Notes: generated by a model from the letters alone, not told the origin. A stretch of 61,702 bases of DNA, filler included, from Bacteriovoracaceae bacterium (GCA_018649885.1; 5 parts of 5 records of this genome joined end to end with filler, not necessarily neighbours in it), one strand, 5' to 3'; counted from the whole stretch's first letter, positions 1-10,453 are shown. Program-made: numbers and translations.

Positions 1-332
1 ATTGCCTTATCATCAACTGTCATGGTTTATTATTGAAAATTTTATCTGATCCTAATAATTAAAAATACCATTTGCCACTACTAGGACCATTTAGTTTTCA
101 CTCGAAAAACACCTCTCTCCCAACCAATTTAATTTTATACGCAGTCTAAAAAAGAAACTCAAGGGGGGTAAAATCCGTTGGCGCTATATATAAAAGGAGC
201 TCAGATTTTTTTAGCCAATTAATCCCAACACTCTACCAGAAGCGTCCAAAAAAAGTCACCATATAGAAAAATAGTGTGGTGATGAAAAATAATTAGCAAC
301 CTTTGGTTCCAAAGGACAACCTATTTGGTGTG

Positions 333-1643
333 CTAAAAGTCAGGACTATCTTGTTCTCCAAATGGATTAATTTCAAGAACGTATCTGCCTCCTCTTCCAG
401 ATTCATTAACTATCACAATATAGTTTTTCTCAAGAAACCTTTTACCCATTTCGAGCCTCTCTTCTCTACTTAATCGTCCAGACTTTGCCTCTTGTTTCCA
501 TTTTTTCCACTCATTTTCTTCAAAAAAACCAGATTCAATTGCTTGTTTTATGTATCTCTCAGCTGAGCTAGCGGACCTCTGCAGAACATCTTTCAAGTCC
601 TCATACTTTGCTATATAACCTCTCTTCAACAGGTCTTTAACTAGCGTATGTCTAGCCTCAGTACTAGATTCATCAAACAATTCCCACTTTTTATCCATTG
701 GATTGAACTGAATTGACAAACTGATCCTTTGACCTTTTCTTGACTTTCCTTCTAGCACTTGAAATGTTACATAACCATCCAAAGAAGACTGACATGGTAA
801 TAGACATATCGTTTTATCTAATCTTGTTGCCATATCATAGCTTCCTCGCCATGTTGGAATACCATCAGGACCAATCCCAAGGTTCTTCCCAGTATGATGA
901 ACAATGACCATGGAGCACCCTGATTTCCTAGCCTTGGTCACCATCATGTTGAAGTTTTGCATTTGTCCTGCAGAGTTATCATCACCAAGTTCAACCAAAT
1001 TACTCAGGTTATCCAGAACAACAATAGGGTGACTTCCCTTTTCTGTGTTATCTCTTAACCAATTAAGAAGTTCCCATTGGTTTTTCTCTAGTTCCAAACT
1101 AAGAAATTCTTCAACCTCATCGGGCTGTGAAACTCTGGAAATAAACCTAAAGTTTTTCCTTAATTCTTCTTCATCCAAATCCAAAGATGGGATCAAAAGC
1201 TTTATCCTTTCATGAATATCTTCTTCCAGCATTTCGCCATCTATGTAGCAGACAGGTTGCGGATCCTCATTTGCCCAATCTAATAACTCTAGTTTTCCAC
1301 CTCCTGCAGCTATCAATGCAATTGCAAGAGAGAGCCAAGTCTTTCCAACACCAGTTGGAGAATATAACATCACCGCCTCACGATCATGAAGGAGATTGGA
1401 GACAAGCACTGTTCTCTTTGGATAGACCTTTTTCTCCATGTCAGACCAAAGTGATACATGAAGATTCTCTTTTATTTTCGGACCGTCATTCTTCAGAACT
1501 TTCTTTGGTGTAAATGGTAGACGATGTTTGGAACCACATACCTGTTTTGATCTACTTTTGTTTCTAATTTTTATTGTATTTGCTTGCATTTGAAATGATG
1601 ATCCTAAGATTTTGCAAACGATTGTTGTGTTTGCTGTTTCCAT
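333..1643 (-). CDS. AAA_25 / RepA-like (RecA-fold) ATPase-helicase of a mobile element
   Basis: Walker A YSPTGVGKT, YIDGEM, Walker B VVLDNLS, IVHHTGK and RGS motifs typical of AAA_25 helicases; start codon uncertain. Confidence 0.75.
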   Translation of the reverse strand: METANTTIVCKILGSSFQMQANTIKIRNKSRSKQVCGSKHRLPFTPKKVLKNDGPKIKENLHVSLWSDMEKKVYPKRTVLVSNLLHDREAVMLYSPTGVGKTWLSLAIALIAAGGGKLELLDWANEDPQPVCYIDGEMLEEDIHERIKLLIPSLDLDEEELRKNFRFISRVSQPDEVEEFLSLELEKNQWELLNWLRDNTEKGSHPIVVLDNLSNLVELGDDNSAGQMQNFNMMVTKARKSGCSMVIVHHTGKNLGIGPDGIPTWRGSYDMATRLDKTICLLPCQSSLDGYVTFQVLEGKSRKGQRISLSIQFNPMDKKWELFDESSTEARHTLVKDLLKRGYIAKYEDLKDVLQRSASSAERYIKQAIESGFFEENEWKKWKQEAKSGRLSREERLEMGKRFLEKNYIVIVNESGRGGRYVLEINPFGEQDSPDF

Positions 1644-1822
1644 GATTCGAGATTAAAGGAATTCAAGATGACTCTGAGAGTATCAGAGGTCGTCCCTTTG
1701 ATACCAAGTTTAACTAGTGTATCCTTTGTTTCACTGAGTTTCTTGAGTTCAGAATCAGAAATTCTAAACCCTACTACGTTTGAACTTTGGTTTGCATGCG
1801 AATAGTATTGGTAGTTCTTCAT
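1604..1822 (-). CDS. small ribbon-helix-helix-like DNA-binding protein
   Basis: 72 aa; beta-strand VVGFRI followed by helices (SDSELKKL..., TSDTLRVIL); overlaps the helicase start. Confidence 0.45.
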   Translation of the reverse strand: MKNYQYYSHANQSSNVVGFRISDSELKKLSETKDTLVKLGIKGTTSDTLRVILNSFNLESWKQQTQQSFAKS

Positions 1823-2239
1823 AATTGTTTTTATTGTTAACGATATAGATAGATGGCAAGGAACAAATTAAAGAATATTTTGAACTGACCGTTGGAGTAC
1901 TGAAGTGGACTTTTGTAAAGAGCTTTTGAAGGAAGGATTATTATTCAAGCTAATGATAAACAGGTTCTACTCAAATTTAATCAAACTAAGTACCTGTTAT
2001 ACCAATTATTTCAAATGTACTTTGCAATAGCCTTTAGACCGTAAATGTCCATTAATTAAAACAGAGGATTTTACTAGAAATGGTGTTTACTTGGAGACTG
2101 TCTGACTCTGTGAAGAATTAGTGCGGGTTTCTCACAGGACATGATGTGGTTGGTTTTGAGATTAAGTAATTCTTGAAAATATTAATTGTGGAGTAGTGTT
2201 TAATTCACACCTGAGAAAAAGACGTCTTAAAAAAATAAG

Positions 2240-3283
2240 CTAGTTATTTAATATCTCATAAATGTGATTTCCCCACGCTTTTGCCATCGGAATTGGGACG
2301 CTATTGGCTATTTGAATCGCAATTTGTGATTTATTTCCTGCGAACGTGAATTCGTCTGGGAACCCATGTATTCTGGCACATTCTCTTGGTGTAAGTTCTC
2401 TTGGTTCCTGAGGGTGGATATGATTTCTTGTTCCCCCTGCTTCTCCTCCCGCCATAAAGGTTAGTGACGGTTTGTCCCATGAAAGTCGGTCTCTCTTTCG
2501 CTTATGGTCAGTTTGCCCAGGCAATAGTTTTTCAAATCTTTCTATAACTTCCGGTGTATGTAAAGGAGCGAAGTGTAAATCCGGAAACGAAAATTTATAT
2601 GAAGGTTGAGGTAGTCCTTCCAGAACTTCCCTGACGGTTTTCCAAGGTTTTTCTTGATCGAATAGAGAAGGAAGCTGATTATTGAAGTGCGATGGCCTTG
2701 GGGCTGAAACTAATTTATTTTCAGAAGCCAACAACCCAAATACAAATACTCTTCGCCTGATCGTTGCTGCTCCATAGTCGGCGCATAGCAATGTGAAGTC
2801 ATTTACTGAATAAAGCCCGTCAGCGCGGAATATTTCACAGTATTTGTGGAAATCTTCTTTCCACTTTGGACTTTTTATGTTTGGAACATTTTCAAACAAA
2901 AATGCTCGAGGTTTGAATTTTTTAACTAAGTTTGCAAAGGTATAGACTAAAGAACCTCTCTTATCTTCAAAGCCCGAATGTTTACCCATCACTGAGAAAC
3001 TTTGGCATGGGGGTCCACCCAAGAATAAGTCAATCTTTTTTCCATTGATAAATTTGGATAAATCGATTTCAGCAACATTTTGATGCGAAACGTTTGCGTC
3101 GTCTAAGAATGTAACGCCAGGTAAGACTTCTTTTCCCTTATTTAATTTCAGCGTTTCTATCATTACAGGGTGTATGTCGTTCGCAAATTGTATGTGCCAA
3201 TATCCAGTTGATTCAAATCCTAAATCAAAGCCCCCAGCTCCTGTAAAAAAGGAAAAAAGGCTCATTTTTTTTAATGACGACAT
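2240..3283 (-). CDS. DNA (cytosine-5)-methyltransferase
   Basis: Motif I FTGAGG, catalytic GGPPCQSFS, ENV, RELTPRECARIHGFP, QIANSV. Confidence 0.95.
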   Translation of the reverse strand: MSSLKKMSLFSFFTGAGGFDLGFESTGYWHIQFANDIHPVMIETLKLNKGKEVLPGVTFLDDANVSHQNVAEIDLSKFINGKKIDLFLGGPPCQSFSVMGKHSGFEDKRGSLVYTFANLVKKFKPRAFLFENVPNIKSPKWKEDFHKYCEIFRADGLYSVNDFTLLCADYGAATIRRRVFVFGLLASENKLVSAPRPSHFNNQLPSLFDQEKPWKTVREVLEGLPQPSYKFSFPDLHFAPLHTPEVIERFEKLLPGQTDHKRKRDRLSWDKPSLTFMAGGEAGGTRNHIHPQEPRELTPRECARIHGFPDEFTFAGNKSQIAIQIANSVPIPMAKAWGNHIYEILNN

Positions 3284-3309
3284 AGTGCTCTATACCTAAT
3301 TATCAGTCT

Positions 3310-5958
3310 TTAGTTAACATGCTTTTTCTGCGAATTAAACGGATAAAGTAAACTTTCGAAGGACGCTTTGAAATTACTATAAGACCTGCCTTCTGAATTA
3401 AAAAATGGCATGCCAATTATATTATAATCTTGGTTCTGTAAAGGGATCTCAAAGCGAGCGTTTGCCTGCAGATTCTGTAAAAACGTTTCTTTCCATTGGT
3501 CGTTTTGAACCAGATGATCCCCTTTAGGTTCAACAAAAATTTGAAAAGTGCTTATTTCTTGTTGTTTTTGTTTTCGAGCAAACAATACGAAATCCGGCTC
3601 AAAAGCTTTGCCATCTTGAAAATCATAGATCTTGAAAGCTTTTTCATTTCGTAACAAGTAAAAGCTATCATAGATTTTTCCAATTTGATGTTCGTTGTCG
3701 CTTATAAATTTTATAAAATGTTTTTCTTGGTCAGTTCCATAATTATCGTTGTAGGCGAACCAATTTTTTTCTGCCAAATCAATATTCTTCAGATCGTTAA
3801 TATTACTGTCACTCCATGCAAGAGCAGACTCGCCTAAAAGAGGAATTTTCAGCGATTTATCAATGAAAAAATCTTTTATTTTGAAAGCTTTAAATGCCGT
3901 TGTACCGACGAAATCTACACTGTTTTGTTTTACTGCTAATTCGACTTCTTGCAGCACGTATGTTGTAATTTTAACTTTTAGCTCGACTGTTAAATTTTCC
4001 AAGTCCTTTAACGGTCCGCGTGTTTCTACTTTAACATCGCCGAGATAATCAGATGAATTTAAAAACTCGTCACAACTTACTAACTTAGGAAAGTAACCAA
4101 CAAGGCATCTAAAATGAAAGAATTGGTTTTTATCCATCGAAAAGCGCAACACGAATTTACCAAATTCCTTTAGCTTGAATTCTTTTGAAACTATATTTTT
4201 GCTTTTGTCGAAATTTAAGCTATGGGACATACCAAATGCAGTTTTTTGCGTTACCTGACCCGTCAATAAAGATGGAAAGCTAAATCGACTTTGAATTTTA
4301 TACGCCGATAATCCTGTAACGTTTTTTCGTGGATTCTTGATGCACCTATTTTTCCAAAAATAACCAGATTTGTATAATTCTGTTTTTTTAAAGCTATCTT
4401 TCAACTTTATCTTAACTTTTCTGGCGTTATCATCAACCATACCTGTAGATCGAAGCGCATTTGTTATATCTTGGATATATCTTGGATTATGAGCACAGTG
4501 GTAATGCAGCTCCTCTAAGATCCTCAATGAGTCTTCTAATTTTTTATCATACTTCCTTTTTCCCCGTTCTTCCAAATCGTTTGTATCATATGAAAAAGGG
4601 AAATATCTTGCGCCCCGCCCAATAAGCTGAGCTTCAGCCATTGTGGTTTTACCAACCTTGTTTGCTTTTCCGTCACGAGTGTCATAGAGCCGGACAATGT
4701 CAAAAAGATTTAAAACATCCCAGCCTTCATTTAATTTGTCGACTGCAAAAATAACCCTAATCTCATTGGACCGATCTTCTAAAGTATTTAATTCTATTTG
4801 ACGAGTTTCTAGGTCTTGTAAATTGTTTACATTTGCTAGCTTTTCTTTGGCAAAATCTCCTTTTAATTCACGCACTAGTTCAGAATTTTTTATTCCACGT
4901 TCTACGAAAAAAAAGTCAAACGCTTTCGACAAGACAGCATCGTTTTTGGATGAGTTTTTGATAGCTTCTATTCTTTTTCCTGATAGATTTTTTATCAGTT
5001 TGTTAAATAGATTTTCGTGTTTTCCAGATTCAGCAATCGTTTTTGATTTCATTAAGATTACCGGCTTGCAATGAATGTTGTGGGCTTCAGCAACCTTGCG
5101 ACGATATTGGCTAAGTACAACTGCATGTAACATTCGCAATTCAGGCTTTAAATCAGCTTGACGCAACTCAATTTCTTTAGAGTAAAGATCTTCCCTGAAC
5201 TGTCGGAGTGAGTAGTCAAATATAATCTTATCACGATATTTTTCTCGAATGGCCTCATTGCTAAAGTCAACTGTTGCTGTAAATTCTAGAAGAATATTTT
5301 CAGTATTTTGATCAAAAATGTGCTTAACAGTTTTTTCCCAACTAACTAAAGCTTCAGTCTCTGTCAGTGTCTGCCGTTTCTTAGTTTGAGCATTTATGTG
5401 ATGAGCCTCATCGGATATCAGAGCTACTTTGTAACTACTGAAATTTTCAATTGTTACTGAGTTCTCCCTTGGAGAAACAAGACGTGCATGTAATGCTTGA
5501 ATTGTAGTAAAGTGGATATTTATGGTGTCACTACTAGTTGCATTAAAATTCTCAACGGAACGTATTTCTACTAGCTTCCCATCGATGTGAATCTCCGACG
5601 CAAAAATATATTTACTGGAGGCAGAGTTTAAAAAGTTCTCCTTTGTTTTCTGGATGATTTGGCTGGAATTTACGAAAAATAGAAAATTTCGATAACCATT
5701 TCTGAATAATTCCAGAATTAGAGAAGCCATTATTATTGTTTTGCCACTTCCAGTTGCCATGTGAAAAAGTATATGGGGACTTTGAGGCTTTTGCGGGTAG
5801 TCTTCAATAAAATAAAGAAAACGTTCTAGGGCTGTCTCTTGATATGGGCGAAGCTTTATTTTTGGTTTTAAATTACCTTTAATGCTTTCTGGTATTGTTT
5901 TCACAAGTAGGCCAAGTTCTGAAGCAGCCGTAAGCTTATCGTGTAGCGTCTGACTCAT
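3310..5958 (-). CDS. res: Type III restriction enzyme Res subunit
   Basis: LRPYQ, MATGSGKT, DEAHH, LNEGWDV, QLIGRGAR helicase motifs; C-terminal PD-(D/E)xK (EPDF...EPKG); 4-nt overlap with mod. Confidence 0.92.
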   Translation of the reverse strand: MSQTLHDKLTAASELGLLVKTIPESIKGNLKPKIKLRPYQETALERFLYFIEDYPQKPQSPHILFHMATGSGKTIIMASLILELFRNGYRNFLFFVNSSQIIQKTKENFLNSASSKYIFASEIHIDGKLVEIRSVENFNATSSDTINIHFTTIQALHARLVSPRENSVTIENFSSYKVALISDEAHHINAQTKKRQTLTETEALVSWEKTVKHIFDQNTENILLEFTATVDFSNEAIREKYRDKIIFDYSLRQFREDLYSKEIELRQADLKPELRMLHAVVLSQYRRKVAEAHNIHCKPVILMKSKTIAESGKHENLFNKLIKNLSGKRIEAIKNSSKNDAVLSKAFDFFFVERGIKNSELVRELKGDFAKEKLANVNNLQDLETRQIELNTLEDRSNEIRVIFAVDKLNEGWDVLNLFDIVRLYDTRDGKANKVGKTTMAEAQLIGRGARYFPFSYDTNDLEERGKRKYDKKLEDSLRILEELHYHCAHNPRYIQDITNALRSTGMVDDNARKVKIKLKDSFKKTELYKSGYFWKNRCIKNPRKNVTGLSAYKIQSRFSFPSLLTGQVTQKTAFGMSHSLNFDKSKNIVSKEFKLKEFGKFVLRFSMDKNQFFHFRCLVGYFPKLVSCDEFLNSSDYLGDVKVETRGPLKDLENLTVELKVKITTYVLQEVELAVKQNSVDFVGTTAFKAFKIKDFFIDKSLKIPLLGESALAWSDSNINDLKNIDLAEKNWFAYNDNYGTDQEKHFIKFISDNEHQIGKIYDSFYLLRNEKAFKIYDFQDGKAFEPDFVLFARKQKQQEISTFQIFVEPKGDHLVQNDQWKETFLQNLQANARFEIPLQNQDYNIIGMPFFNSEGRSYSNFKASFESLLYPFNSQKKHVN

Positions 5959-7832
5959 TCCGTAATACCATAAAATTCAAGTGTTAATTTCAAATCATTT
6001 TCGTCTATAGTCAACGTCTGATCGCCTAGACTGTTTAGGTTTACGTAGAGGTGATTGGCATCTAGGGTATCGAGCAAAATTTGTTTTTGTTCTGCTAAGG
6101 GCAGAGGCAGAAACTCTTCAGTTACAAATTCATTCAATTGTATATCATACCTTAGATAGCCAGTGGCTTGCATTTCTGACCATATTTCAAGCAACTCTTT
6201 ACTGTCTTTCGCCGTTGTAACCCGCTTTGCGAAGAGGTCATTGTGCTGGGCTAGTTTTGCAAATACAAAGGAACCGCCTCCTGTCCAGTTTTCAGATTTG
6301 GAAATCCCTCCTTGTTCGCCAGCTATAACTTTTTTGAGGCGTTCTCCAGGAAGATCAACTACATAGTCTAATTGCTCGACTGCAATCCAAGTTCTCTTCA
6401 TCTTTTGGGCGACTGCTGCAGTTGTGCCGGACCCAGAAAAAAAATCTAAAACAATTTCGCCAGGGTTAGTAGCAATATGTATTATTCTTTGGATCAACCG
6501 CTCTGGTTTGGCGGTATCGAAGACATATTCTCCGTCAAACAGAGCTTGGCTTTCGTTCTTTGCCTCCTGTGAATGACCAACTTCATTATGAGGCCACCAG
6601 GTCCATGGTACCATTCCTTCCATTTCAGTTAAAAAACGCTTTACCGCAGGTACTCCGTCACCTTTAGGGCCATAATACATTTTGTTATCAGCCTTAAAGG
6701 CCTCAAAACCTGCTTTTGTAACCCGCCAGCAGCGTCCTTGAGGAGGAACAACAACTCGACCGGAAGGTAATGTAATCTCATACATCTGGTTGGGCCGATA
6801 ACCTGCAGCTGTAAAATCATTTGCTTTCCATGGTCCACGGGGATCGTTATCCGAATTTTTAAACTGTTTAGTCTGATTCTCAGTTAACTCTAGAAGGTTC
6901 CTATTTTCTCCGAAGTGCCCAGGGTCCAAAGAATAGCAAAGTATATGCTCATGGGCATCGCTTATGCCAATTCTGGAATCTGGAGAGTAGCGTTTTTGCC
7001 AAATTATATTGGCAATGAAATTTTGGCGGCCGAAAATCTCATCCATAAGCACTTTACAATAGTGTGCTTCATTATCATCTAGATTTACAAAAATAGTGCC
7101 TGTCGGGCTTAGTAGTTCTTTGGCTATTTCAAGTCTATTTCGCATGAAGGTCAGCCATGCAGAATGGTTGAAACGGTCATTATATTTAAAAGTGTCACTG
7201 CCGGTATTATAAGGCGGGTCAATATATATTAACTTTATCCTTCCAGCATAACGGGTTTTTAAAGAGTACAAGGCTAAGAGATTATTACCTTTTATAAGTA
7301 GGTTATCATTTAAACAAAGCCTTTCTACGGGCATAGCCTTTCCTTTAGAAATGGCATCCTTATCCCAGTACTCCCATCCAATTAAAGCTTTTGGTTCAAA
7401 TAAGCGTGTAATATTTTCTGGCGATAAATTAGTATTCCAAAATATCTCCTCACGTTTTTGCTCAGTCTTCAACATTCCGCCTTCAAGTATGCAATCTTTA
7501 TATGGCCAAGAAAGAACAACCTCGTTCGCCTGACTCAAATAACTGTCGCCAGCGGTCAATCCGATTCGGTTCTCAAAAGCGGTAAAACTATCCGGCAAAA
7601 ATTCTTTATTTGTAACAAATTCTTGAAATTTAATTTTGTCAAAAATTAACGTTCCTTCAACTTCAACAAAAAAATGTGACTTGAGCGTTTCCGAATTCAG
7701 CAAAATTTTCAAAATACTAACTTCTGAGGCAAATACAGCTTCAATAAGCTTGTTCTTAAGTATACTTCCATCCGAGGCAAACTCTCCGTCAGATAATAGT
7801 AAATCAGTCAATTCTTTCAGTAAATTATCCAT
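5955..7832 (-). CDS. mod: Type III R-M adenine methyltransferase (Mod)
   Basis: IYIDPPYNTG, KPERLIQRII, DFFSGSGTT; directly upstream of res. Confidence 0.93.
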   Translation of the reverse strand: MDNLLKELTDLLLSDGEFASDGSILKNKLIEAVFASEVSILKILLNSETLKSHFFVEVEGTLIFDKIKFQEFVTNKEFLPDSFTAFENRIGLTAGDSYLSQANEVVLSWPYKDCILEGGMLKTEQKREEIFWNTNLSPENITRLFEPKALIGWEYWDKDAISKGKAMPVERLCLNDNLLIKGNNLLALYSLKTRYAGRIKLIYIDPPYNTGSDTFKYNDRFNHSAWLTFMRNRLEIAKELLSPTGTIFVNLDDNEAHYCKVLMDEIFGRQNFIANIIWQKRYSPDSRIGISDAHEHILCYSLDPGHFGENRNLLELTENQTKQFKNSDNDPRGPWKANDFTAAGYRPNQMYEITLPSGRVVVPPQGRCWRVTKAGFEAFKADNKMYYGPKGDGVPAVKRFLTEMEGMVPWTWWPHNEVGHSQEAKNESQALFDGEYVFDTAKPERLIQRIIHIATNPGEIVLDFFSGSGTTAAVAQKMKRTWIAVEQLDYVVDLPGERLKKVIAGEQGGISKSENWTGGGSFVFAKLAQHNDLFAKRVTTAKDSKELLEIWSEMQATGYLRYDIQLNEFVTEEFLPLPLAEQKQILLDTLDANHLYVNLNSLGDQTLTIDENDLKLTLEFYGITE

Positions 7833-7975
7833 TATTAAGGGTCTCGTTTCTAATGAATTATTACATAAATAACAGCTATTTATCTAATCTAGGTGTTGAG
7901 AGAATATCATAAAAATGTTTTCTTTTAAATCCTAAATATAGTCAGGCATACGTCGGCTCAAAAACAAACTCTCTT

Positions 7976-9214
7976 CTAAATCTTTCTTATTTTTTCTTTT
8001 ATAAAAGAATCTACTTCTTCTCCATAAGTAAGTTTATAAATAGACTCAACCAAATGTTCTATCCTAAGTCCTGCTGAATAAGTGTCTAATGCCATGATGT
8101 TGTCTTTATGCCCCATGAGTTGACTGATGTGGTTTGCAGGTATACCTAGGTTTTCCATTCGTGTTGCAAATGTATTTCTCAGAGTATGAAAGTTAATTTC
8201 AATTGGAATACCTATTTTTTTCCTAAGTCTTCCCATCATCTTCTGGAAATTCCATGAGCGCTTGTTGTCGTAACCACCGCTGTTTATAGCGCTAATAAGG
8301 TATTCATCTTTTGCAGAATCTTTTAATTTATCTATAATAGGTTGAACCAAAGGATGGACAGGGATATCTCTAACAGCTGCTTTAGTTTTACCTTTTTCTA
8401 CTCGAAAGCAATTATCCTCAATATTTTTATTTTGCAAATCACAGATCTCGTCTAATCTCATACCTGAATACATGGACACGACTGTTGCAAAGAAAACATT
8501 TCTATCAATATATTCCGACTGAAGAAACAACATTAAATGTTCATCTTTCCATGGACGTCTTGATTGATGGGAATTTTTATTTTTGGGTAAATCAAGTTTT
8601 TGAAAAGGATTATTATTTATATATCCTCTTCCATGAGCCCATGTGAATAGTGATCCAATATCGAAAACAATATTTCTTATAGTGGCAGGAGCAGGATTTT
8701 TACTATGCCTCAAATGGGTCACATAATCCCCTGCATTTTTCTTTGTGATGTCTTTGATATCAGCGTTCCCAAACCACCTTATAAAATTATTGATATTACC
8801 TTCTTTTCTTTTGAAAGTAGAAGTTTTTAGGTCTTTTACTCTTTCTGATAGGAATGCTTTAGCTACTATTGAAATGGGTTCATAATTAGGATCAATTATC
8901 CTAAATGCATCCTGAGTGGCCTTAACAGCTTTAGGATTTGGATTTCCCCCTTTCCAATCTGGATGATGACTATTAAAAATTGCATCAGATTCTTTTTCTC
9001 CATAGATTTCTAATACTTTATTTTCGATAATATCTGTAAGTATGAAATCGAGATCCTCTGAATTATCTTCAGGAGAAGGTCTGAACTCTAATGCCAATTC
9101 TCTTATTTGATCTTCCTTTGATAAAGAAGCAAAAGTTCCATCAATCTTTTTCTCAGCTAAATGAATTCTTTGCTTAAATTCAGCTATAACTGTATGTTTC
9201 TTTCTGTTAGCTTG
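7976..9214 (-). CDS. tyrosine recombinase/integrase, 5'-truncated by contig end
   Basis: SGMRLDEI (R), KT, FHTLRNTF (HxxR), LMGH and Y; frame stays open from 9097 up to the gap (QANRKKHTVIAEF...). Confidence 0.9.
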   Translation of the reverse strand, partial: QANRKKHTVIAEFKQRIHLAEKKIDGTFASLSKEDQIRELALEFRPSPEDNSEDLDFILTDIIENKVLEIYGEKESDAIFNSHHPDWKGGNPNPKAVKATQDAFRIIDPNYEPISIVAKAFLSERVKDLKTSTFKRKEGNINNFIRWFGNADIKDITKKNAGDYVTHLRHSKNPAPATIRNIVFDIGSLFTWAHGRGYINNNPFQKLDLPKNKNSHQSRRPWKDEHLMLFLQSEYIDRNVFFATVVSMYSGMRLDEICDLQNKNIEDNCFRVEKGKTKAAVRDIPVHPLVQPIIDKLKDSAKDEYLISAINSGGYDNKRSWNFQKMMGRLRKKIGIPIEINFHTLRNTFATRMENLGIPANHISQLMGHKDNIMALDTYSAGLRIEHLVESIYKLTYGEEVDSFIKEKIRKI

Positions 9215-9314
9215 NNNNNNNNNNNNNNNNNNNNNNNNNNNNNNNNNNNNNNNNNNNNTTAATTAATTAANNNNNNNNNNNNNNNNNNNNNNNNNNNNNN
9301 NNNNNNNNNNNNNN
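9215..9314. other. artificial contig spacer
   Basis: 100 nt of N containing TTAATTAATTAA (stops in six frames). Confidence 0.98.
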
Positions 9315-9605
9315 AAGAAGAAAGCCGATAAGAAAAAATCAGCACAAAAGAAAGCTGCCAAGAAGAAAGCCGATAAGAAAAAATCAGCACAAAAGAAAGC
9401 TGCCAAGAAGAAAGCCGCCAAGAAAAAAGCCGATAAGAAAAAATCAGCACAAAAGAAAGCTGCTAAAAAAAGGGCCGAGAAGAAGAAATTGGCACAAAAG
9501 AAATTAGCAAAGAAGAGAGCTGCAAAGAAGAAGGGTGAAAAAAAGCTGGCCAGCGCTAAAAGTATTAAAAAAAAACTCAAAAAACTAAAACGAGAAATAC
9601 AGTAA
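9315..9605 (+). CDS. Lys/Ala-rich histone-H1-like repeat region (5'-truncated), probably the N-terminus of PPK2
   Basis: KKKADKKKSAQKKAA repeats in the + frame from 9315, stop at 9603-9605; a -1 shift in A9 (9567-9575) joins the PPK2 frame. Confidence 0.7.
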   Translation, partial: KKKADKKKSAQKKAAKKKADKKKSAQKKAAKKKAAKKKADKKKSAQKKAAKKRAEKKKLAQKKLAKKRAAKKKGEKKLASAKSIKKKLKKLKREIQ

Positions 9606-10453
9606 ATAAAGTCTATACAAAGAAACTTGAATCTAGGCTTTTAAAACTGCCCGACCGTTACTTTGATGATCATCGCTACCCATACAAGGTGCAGATGAAA
9701 CGCAGAACCTACGAAGGCCAAAAGAAGAAGCTTCAAATAGAGCTTCTTAAAATGCAAAAGTGGGTAAAAGAAACGGGCCAAAAAGTCGTGATTGTCTTTG
9801 AGGGCAGAGATGCTGCAGGGAAAGGGGGGACCATTAAAAGGTTCATGGAACACATGAACCCTCGGGGTGCCCGAGTCGTGGCCCTCAACAAACCCTCAGA
9901 AGTAGAATCTGGAGAATGGTACTTCCAGCGCTATATTAAACACATGCCCAGTAAAGGCGAGATTGTACTGCTTGACCGCTCTTGGTACAACAGAGCAGGT
10001 GTTGAGCATGTCATGAATTTTTGCTCTAAAGGCCAGTATGAGCTTTTCATCAAACAAGTTCCTCTTTTTGAAAGACTTTTGGTCGAAAGCGGAGTCTACC
10101 TATTTAAATTTTGGTTTTCAGTGGGGAAAAAAGAGCAGTATAGACGCTTTAAAAAGCGCTCAGCTGACCCTTTAAGACAATGGAAGCTAAGCCCAATTGA
10201 TCTTAAATCTTTTAATAAATGGGATGCATATACTCGGGCCAAAGAGGCGATGTACTATTATACAGATTCGGCTTCGGCACCTTGGACTGTAGTGCGCTCA
10301 GATGACAAAAAAAGAGCACGTGTTAACTGCATGATGGATGTGCTCAATAAGCTCCCCTATAAGAAAAAGAATAAGAAAATCGTTAGGGGGCCTGATCCTA
10401 AGATTATTTTCCCGGTTCTAAAGTTTTTTCCTGTTCGTAGGAAAGAATATTAA
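9569..10453 (+). CDS. ppk2: polyphosphate kinase 2 (class I)
   Basis: YPYK..MKRRTYE, FEGRDAAGKGGTIKR, DRSWYNRAGVE, WKLSPID; frame open from 9569. Confidence 0.95.
   Translation, partial: KKTQKTKTRNTVNKVYTKKLESRLLKLPDRYFDDHRYPYKVQMKRRTYEGQKKKLQIELLKMQKWVKETGQKVVIVFEGRDAAGKGGTIKRFMEHMNPRGARVVALNKPSEVESGEWYFQRYIKHMPSKGEIVLLDRSWYNRAGVEHVMNFCSKGQYELFIKQVPLFERLLVESGVYLFKFWFSVGKKEQYRRFKKRSADPLRQWKLSPIDLKSFNKWDAYTRAKEAMYYYTDSASAPWTVVRSDDKKRARVNCMMDVLNKLPYKKKNKKIVRGPDPKIIFPVLKFFPVRRKEY

Larger units (their letters stand above)
1..9214 (-). mobile_element. integrative element / genomic island with R-M cargo (partial)
   Basis: integrase, R-M genes and RHH/AAA_25 module all on the minus strand; ends not visible. 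Confidence 0.7.

Noticed and set aside
9215..9314. TTAATTAATTAA palindrome inside N runs, repeated four times
   Set aside because: Artificial six-frame-stop linker; ORFs ending in X..LIN are artefacts
9259..9580. Minus-strand Phe/Leu/Ala-rich ORFs (similar + strand ORFs at 48535-48871 and 20868-21194)
   Set aside because: Antisense shadows of Lys-rich low-complexity genes
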